A DNA stretch of 64,000 nucleotides from Candidatus Obscuribacteraceae bacterium. GTDB lineage: Bacteria > Cyanobacteriota > Vampirovibrionia > Obscuribacterales > Obscuribacteraceae. The translations under genes and the position numbers were made by a program. The notes beneath the pieces were generated by a model, which saw nothing but the letters and a program-made list of their open reading frames with translations, was not told the origin of the DNA and made no database searches. This document shows positions 59,174-64,000 of the stretch, piece by piece. How positions within the stretch are numbered: position 1 is the stretch's first letter; every line of letters begins with the position of its first letter. The stretch is from the NCBI GenBank assembly GCA_044229845.1, contig JBGASG010000001.1, forward strand, positions 288,001-352,000, written 5' to 3'.

Positions 59174-60169
59174 CTAATTGGACAGAGAAAAGTTTTTGCC
59201 GGCGATGCGTATTCGCTTCGGCTCGTCAGTCGTGACGCCGATCAGGGCTGCTTCAAAGCCGAGGGTCTGGAAGGTGCGCAGCGTATTGGTTTCGTCGCCA
59301 TCGACGATCACCGCCAAGCCCAGCCCCATGTTGAAGGTCTTGTACATCTCTTCTTCCGGCACGTGCGCTGCGATCAAGTCGAAGACGTGCGGCACCGGCA
59401 GTGGAGTTTGTATATCGAAGCCGACATGGTTGGAGAGGCGCAACAGATTGCGCCAACCGCTGCCCGTCACATGAACGATACCGGTGATTTCGGCGCGATG
59501 TGCGTCGAGCAAATGATTGACTGCTTTCACATAAACATGTGTCGGCTCCAGAAGCAGGCGCCAGTGCGCCACGTCGAGCACTTTGCGCGCCAGTGAAAAT
59601 CCATTAGAGTGGATGCCGCTCGATGCAACTCCGATCACTTTTTGTCCGGGGCGAATGCCTGAGCCCGTGATCAAGCGTTCGCGTGACACATAACCGACTG
59701 CGAAGCCAGCCAGGTCAAAGTGCCCCGGCGCGTAGACGTCAGGCATTTCCGCCGTTTCTCCCCCGGCGAGAATCATACCCGCCAGGTCGCAACCGGCAAT
59801 GATACCGTTAATGATGCTGTCGGCAACGCCTTCTTCCAGGTGTCCGACCGCGAAGTAATCGAGGAACAGGTTGGGCAATGCGCCCACGCAAATCAGGTCA
59901 TTGGCGCACATTGCCACCAGGTCGATGCCGATGGTGTCATACACACCCAGCTCGATGGCCACCAATAGTTTGGTGCCGATACCATCTGTGGTGAGCGCCA
60001 CGCCCAGTGAATCGCTGGATGGATACACACATGCATAGCCTCCGGCAGCCGGCCAGAGCTCTTCGTGACCGCGACGCTTGGCGGCACCCTTCAAGCGGTG
60101 GACGAACGCCTCCGCCATTTCGATATTCACTCCAGCTGCTGCGTATGATTTTGGTTCCATTGATGTCAC
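59174..60169 (-). CDS. purM: Phosphoribosylformylglycinamidine cyclo-ligase
   Basis: YAAAGVNI, TDGIGTK, GGETAEMP, SSGIHSNGFSL, TFNMG. Confidence 0.97.
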   Translation of the reverse strand: MTSMEPKSYAAAGVNIEMAEAFVHRLKGAAKRRGHEELWPAAGGYACVYPSSDSLGVALTTDGIGTKLLVAIELGVYDTIGIDLVAMCANDLICVGALPNLFLDYFAVGHLEEGVADSIINGIIAGCDLAGMILAGGETAEMPDVYAPGHFDLAGFAVGYVSRERLITGSGIRPGQKVIGVASSGIHSNGFSLARKVLDVAHWRLLLEPTHVYVKAVNHLLDAHRAEITGIVHVTGSGWRNLLRLSNHVGFDIQTPLPVPHVFDLIAAHVPEEEMYKTFNMGLGLAVIVDGDETNTLRTFQTLGFEAALIGVTTDEPKRIRIAGKNFSLSN

Positions 60170-60187
60170 TCGTTCGGTAACCCTTGC

Positions 60188-61018
60188 TCAGTTGTTGGCC
60201 AGATAAGCGGCGTTTTGCAAAATCTTCAGTCCGTGCGGCACATCGTCAGTGCTGCGCGCCGTGATGCGCAGTTCGCCTGGTTGATCTTTGCGCTCCTTTG
60301 GATCCGCCGGTCGTCCGGAAGTGGGAGCCCCCGGACGCGTCCATGCAGGATGTTGCGTCCAGCGAACAAAAGCCTCCGGATGCGGCATCAATCCAAATAC
60401 GTTGCCCTGTTCGTTGATCAATCCGGCGATGCGATCGAATGATCCATTGACGTCTTCATCGTAGCGCAGCACGCCGTGTTTCTTGACGCGTTGCTTGACC
60501 GCCTCGGTGTCGCCTTCCGCGACCATCAGCCGTCCTTCGCCGTGGCGAATCGGCAAATGCACATCGTCGAGCCCGGCAAGGAACGACGAACGGCTCTCAG
60601 GAGTCGCTTCCAGTCTCACCCAGCGATTGATGAACTTGCCGCCGCTGTTGCCGCACAGCGAAACGCTCCGTTTGGCGTCAGCTGTGGAATCAGGCAAGAT
60701 GCCCAACTGTACCAGCACCTGAAAGCCGTTGCAGATGCCCAGCACCAGATTGCCTTTATCGATGTAACCATAAAGGACGTCCTTGAGTTTTTCCTTCAGT
60801 TTAATTGCCAGCACCTTGCCGCTGGCAATCTCATCACCGAAGGCAAATCCGCCGGGCAGTGCGAGCAGTCTGGTGTTGAGCAGTCGCCCCGGCGTCTCGA
60901 GCAATTCGGAGGTATGCATGCGAGTGGCTTCGAAACCGGCGAGGTTGAGAGCGAATGCGGTTTCGGCATCACAATTGATACCGTCTCCGTACAACACCAG
61001 TGCTTTGGGCTTGCTCAT
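60188..61018 (-). CDS. purQ: FGAM synthase glutaminase subunit
   Basis: GINCD, PGGFAFGD, GICNGFQ, RHGEG, MPHPE. Confidence 0.96.
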   Translation of the reverse strand: MSKPKALVLYGDGINCDAETAFALNLAGFEATRMHTSELLETPGRLLNTRLLALPGGFAFGDEIASGKVLAIKLKEKLKDVLYGYIDKGNLVLGICNGFQVLVQLGILPDSTADAKRSVSLCGNSGGKFINRWVRLEATPESRSSFLAGLDDVHLPIRHGEGRLMVAEGDTEAVKQRVKKHGVLRYDEDVNGSFDRIAGLINEQGNVFGLMPHPEAFVRWTQHPAWTRPGAPTSGRPADPKERKDQPGELRITARSTDDVPHGLKILQNAAYLANN

Positions 61019-61035
61019 TGCTTCTCGTTTCCTCC

Positions 61036-63999
61036 CTAGTCGAAGGGCAGCATCTTCTGCCAGGCGAAAGTCAGGTAGTCCACCTTTAGATCCAGAACTT
61101 TGTGACCGTCCTTTTGAACCACGACCAGTTTGCCGTCGTCGGTGACAGTGCCCAATTTAGTGACTGAAAAGTCCTTCCACTGCGCGGTCCAGACAGCTTC
61201 GTCTTCCGGTGCAATGGTGGCGATTAAGTGCGCGGGACCTTCAGCAAACAGAGCAAAGTCGCGACGATCGTGGCTGCCGGTTGCGGCTACCAGCGCATCC
61301 ATGTCTATGTGGCAACCAAAACCGCTGCCGATCAGGCTCTCGGCGATGGCGACGGCAACCCCACCTTCCGACACGTCGTGGCATGATTTGACGCGCGACT
61401 GCATGATCAATTCGTGGAGACGGCGATACATTGAGGACGCCTTTTCTATGTCGAGGGACGGCAAACTTCTGCCGGTCCAGCCGTGCATTGCCGTGTACTG
61501 GCTGCCCGCCAGTCCCAGTTCGCCTGCCGACAATAAATAGATGAGGTCGCCGGCGGCTTTGTAATCCATTGATACTGCCAGGTCGGCATCAGCGATTTTG
61601 CCCATTGCCGAAACGAGAAGCGTCGGCGGCACGGAGAGCTGAACGACACCATCATCGAAATCGTTCTTCATGCTGTCCTTGCCCGAGATGAGCGGAGTGC
61701 CGTACGCCAGACAGATGTCGGCGAGCGCCTGGCAAGTGCGCACCAGTTGCGCCAATTTGTACTTCGCTTGCGGATTGCGCTTGCCCGTCACCGGGTCGGG
61801 CCAGCAGAAATTGTCGAGCAGTGTAATGGAAACCGGGTCGGCGCCGACGCAAACTGCGTTGCGCACTGCTTCATCGGCAGCGCACAAAGACATGAGGCGG
61901 GCATCGAATTCGCTCAAATATGGTGCCAGACCATTGGAGACCACCAGCGCCGCTTTGTCCTCGTAGAGCGGCTTGAAGACGGCAGCATCACATGGTGCGG
62001 TCTGTCTGGGACCCATGAGCGGCTTGATCACGGAACCGGCCTGCACTTCGTGGTCGTACTGCCGAATGACGTTTTCGCGCGAGCAGATATTGGGATGAGC
62101 GAGCAGATCGAGCAGCGATTGTTCTAGTTTTTCAGGCACCACTCCCACTGTGTCTTTGATGGTGGGTGGTGTCCATTCGCTGTCCAGATGCAGGCGCGGA
62201 TTGCCTTTGTGCAGAAACTTCAGGTCGAGCAGCGCCACTTGTTTGCCGGCGCGCGTGATTTCGAAATAACCTTCGGAATGAAACTTGCCGATTGCCGTTG
62301 CTTCCACATTGAAGCGGCGGGCCAGCCATGACAGCTCTTCGAAGTTTTTGGTTGAGATTGTCATGCGCTCTTGCGACTCCGAAATCACTATTTCGTAGTC
62401 GGAGAGACCCGGATACTTGAGCGGGATGTTGTCGAGTTCAAGCGTGGCACCACCTGTGATTTGCGCCATCTCGCCCACGGATGAAGAAAGACCGCCGGCA
62501 CCGTTATCGGTGATGCCGGTGATTAGTCCGGCGTCGCGGGCTTCCAGAATGAAGTCGAGCACGCGCTTCTGAGTGAATGGATCGCCGATTTGTACGGCTG
62601 AGACAGGGGAACCTTCGTGAAGCGGCTCGGAGGAGAATGTCGCGCCGTGAATGCCGTCTTTGCCGACCCGCCCGCCGACGACGACGATCGTGTCACCGAC
62701 AGTGGTGTGCTTGCCATAACCGCTCTTGCCGGCAACGGTCGTGGGCAAAAGTCCGCCGGTCCCGCAAAATACTAGCGGCTTGGCGCGGTAACCCGGATGG
62801 AAGCAAATGGCACCGTTGACTGTGGGGATGCCGCTCTTGTTGCCGCCGTCCTGCACTCCTTTGCGCACGCCGTTCATGATCGTCTCTGCCGGCAATAGTT
62901 TGGGGCGTTGCGGCAGATCGTCCGACGGGTAGGCGAAACAAAACACGTCCGTGTTGAAGATCGGCTTGGCACCAAGACCGGTGCCGAGCACATCGCGGTT
63001 GACGCCGAGAATGCCGGTGAGCGCGCCGCCATAGGGTTCGAGCGCACTCGGGGAATTGTGGGTTTCAACCTTGAAGCAAACTGCAAACTCGTCGTTCCAG
63101 CGCACTACGCCCGAGTTGTCTTCAAACACCGACAGCAAGTCATCGCGTTTTTCGCGCAGTTTGTAGGTTGGACCCTGAATATAAGTCTTGTACAGGCTGT
63201 CGATTTCTTGAGATTTGCCTGCACCGTCGACGGTGTTGTCGGTGTGGTTGATGTAGGCGCTGAAGATTTTGTGCTTGCAATGCTCCGACCAGGTTTGAGC
63301 CAGCACTTCCAATTCGACATCTGTAGGCCAGGCGGGCAGCCCCTTGCTGCGGCGCAGTTCGCGTACGTCATCGCGTTCATAGTAAGCGCGGATTGCCTTC
63401 ATCTCTTCCAGATTGAGAGCCAAGAGTCGCAGTTGACTCAGTTCCAGCAAACGCACGTCGTCCAGATCGAGCGGCACCGTGTCAGGTGGCTTCGGTGCCG
63501 GCAGGTGCACTTCCGGGTAGGTCAGAAATGCCGATTCGTCCCGGGTTTTGAACTTTTCGATCTCGTGAACGACAAACTTATCGGTGAGCGGATGATAGAA
63601 GTGGTAGAGACCAGCGGCGGCGATTTGCTCGGCGTTGTCATAGCACCCTTGAGGGAAGAGAAAGCCCTCGCCTGAGGTGACCTGCACATTTGGGAAACCT
63701 CTAAGCAATAGCGCTTCTTCGACTGTCTTGCCCAGGTTGTCGGTGACGCCGGGCAGAAATTGTTTCTCCGCCAGCCATTGAAAGCGCTCTCTTTCCCAGG
63801 TCGGTGCCCAGCCGAAGCGACTTTCCGGCGAGGCACTGTGCAGGGTCTCAAGCAAAGGATCGCGCAGCGTATCGCCGACCACCATCAACAGCTCCGAGTC
63901 GGCGAAGTCTTTGATGTCCTTGATCAATTTAGATGTGATCTTGAGCCAGTAAAGCGGGAAGCGGTTCAAGCCATCGGTGAAACCTGCCTTCGGGAAAAC
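61036..63999 (-). CDS. purL: FGAM synthase synthetase subunit, 5' end outside window
   Basis: QTWSEHCKH, KVETHNSPS, DNGAGG, SESQERM, QYDHEV, SGKDSM, HDVSEGG. The frame stays open to the window edge. Confidence 0.96.
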   Translation of the reverse strand, partial: VFPKAGFTDGLNRFPLYWLKITSKLIKDIKDFADSELLMVVGDTLRDPLLETLHSASPESRFGWAPTWERERFQWLAEKQFLPGVTDNLGKTVEEALLLRGFPNVQVTSGEGFLFPQGCYDNAEQIAAAGLYHFYHPLTDKFVVHEIEKFKTRDESAFLTYPEVHLPAPKPPDTVPLDLDDVRLLELSQLRLLALNLEEMKAIRAYYERDDVRELRRSKGLPAWPTDVELEVLAQTWSEHCKHKIFSAYINHTDNTVDGAGKSQEIDSLYKTYIQGPTYKLREKRDDLLSVFEDNSGVVRWNDEFAVCFKVETHNSPSALEPYGGALTGILGVNRDVLGTGLGAKPIFNTDVFCFAYPSDDLPQRPKLLPAETIMNGVRKGVQDGGNKSGIPTVNGAICFHPGYRAKPLVFCGTGGLLPTTVAGKSGYGKHTTVGDTIVVVGGRVGKDGIHGATFSSEPLHEGSPVSAVQIGDPFTQKRVLDFILEARDAGLITGITDNGAGGLSSSVGEMAQITGGATLELDNIPLKYPGLSDYEIVISESQERMTISTKNFEELSWLARRFNVEATAIGKFHSEGYFEITRAGKQVALLDLKFLHKGNPRLHLDSEWTPPTIKDTVGVVPEKLEQSLLDLLAHPNICSRENVIRQYDHEVQAGSVIKPLMGPRQTAPCDAAVFKPLYEDKAALVVSNGLAPYLSEFDARLMSLCAADEAVRNAVCVGADPVSITLLDNFCWPDPVTGKRNPQAKYKLAQLVRTCQALADICLAYGTPLISGKDSMKNDFDDGVVQLSVPPTLLVSAMGKIADADLAVSMDYKAAGDLIYLLSAGELGLAGSQYTAMHGWTGRSLPSLDIEKASSMYRRLHELIMQSRVKSCHDVSEGGVAVAIAESLIGSGFGCHIDMDALVAATGSHDRRDFALFAEGPAHLIATIAPEDEAVWTAQWKDFSVTKLGTVTDDGKLVVVQKDGHKVLDLKVDYLTFAWQKMLPFD

Positions 64000-64000
64000 T

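Overview
A roughly 58-60% GC (visual estimate) bacterial chromosomal segment. It probably comes from a non-photosynthetic cyanobacterial relative (Vampirovibrionia/Melainabacteria, Obscuribacterales-like). This is inferred from cyanobacterial-type SigG, ArgS, TrpS and MetK, together with sucCD, pccB, many TPR, LysM and Ser/Thr-kinase genes, and no evident HIP1 enrichment. The housekeeping genes are sucCD, pfk, ribD, miaB, nagZ, metK, rluE, argS, glycerate kinase, pepA, pccB, mgtE, an RpoD-like sigma factor, trpS and purL-purQ-purM-purH. The most unusual locus is 36.9-46.3 kb. There, a degenerate ECF sigma-like gene is followed by a 1633-aa protein with an N-terminal zinc anti-sigma (ZAS) domain, about 1400 aa of Pro/Gln/Gly-rich, Trp-punctuated disordered sequence, and a C-terminal MglB-like Roadblock domain. 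A second, truncated Roadblock gene follows, and a STAS-like/wHTH/MshEN/DUF4388 protein lies nearby. Other notable items: a SigG operon with a triple-ZAS anti-sigma factor, two Spy/CpxP-like genes and matching GGAAC-N16-CGTC promoters; an orphan DUF6088 gene beside a palindromic repeat cluster; an AbrB/CpaF-N fusion; an unannotated 34-aa basic ORF before trpS; and a junction of two gene remnants at about 25.83 kb. No rRNA, tRNA, CRISPR array or transposase was seen.
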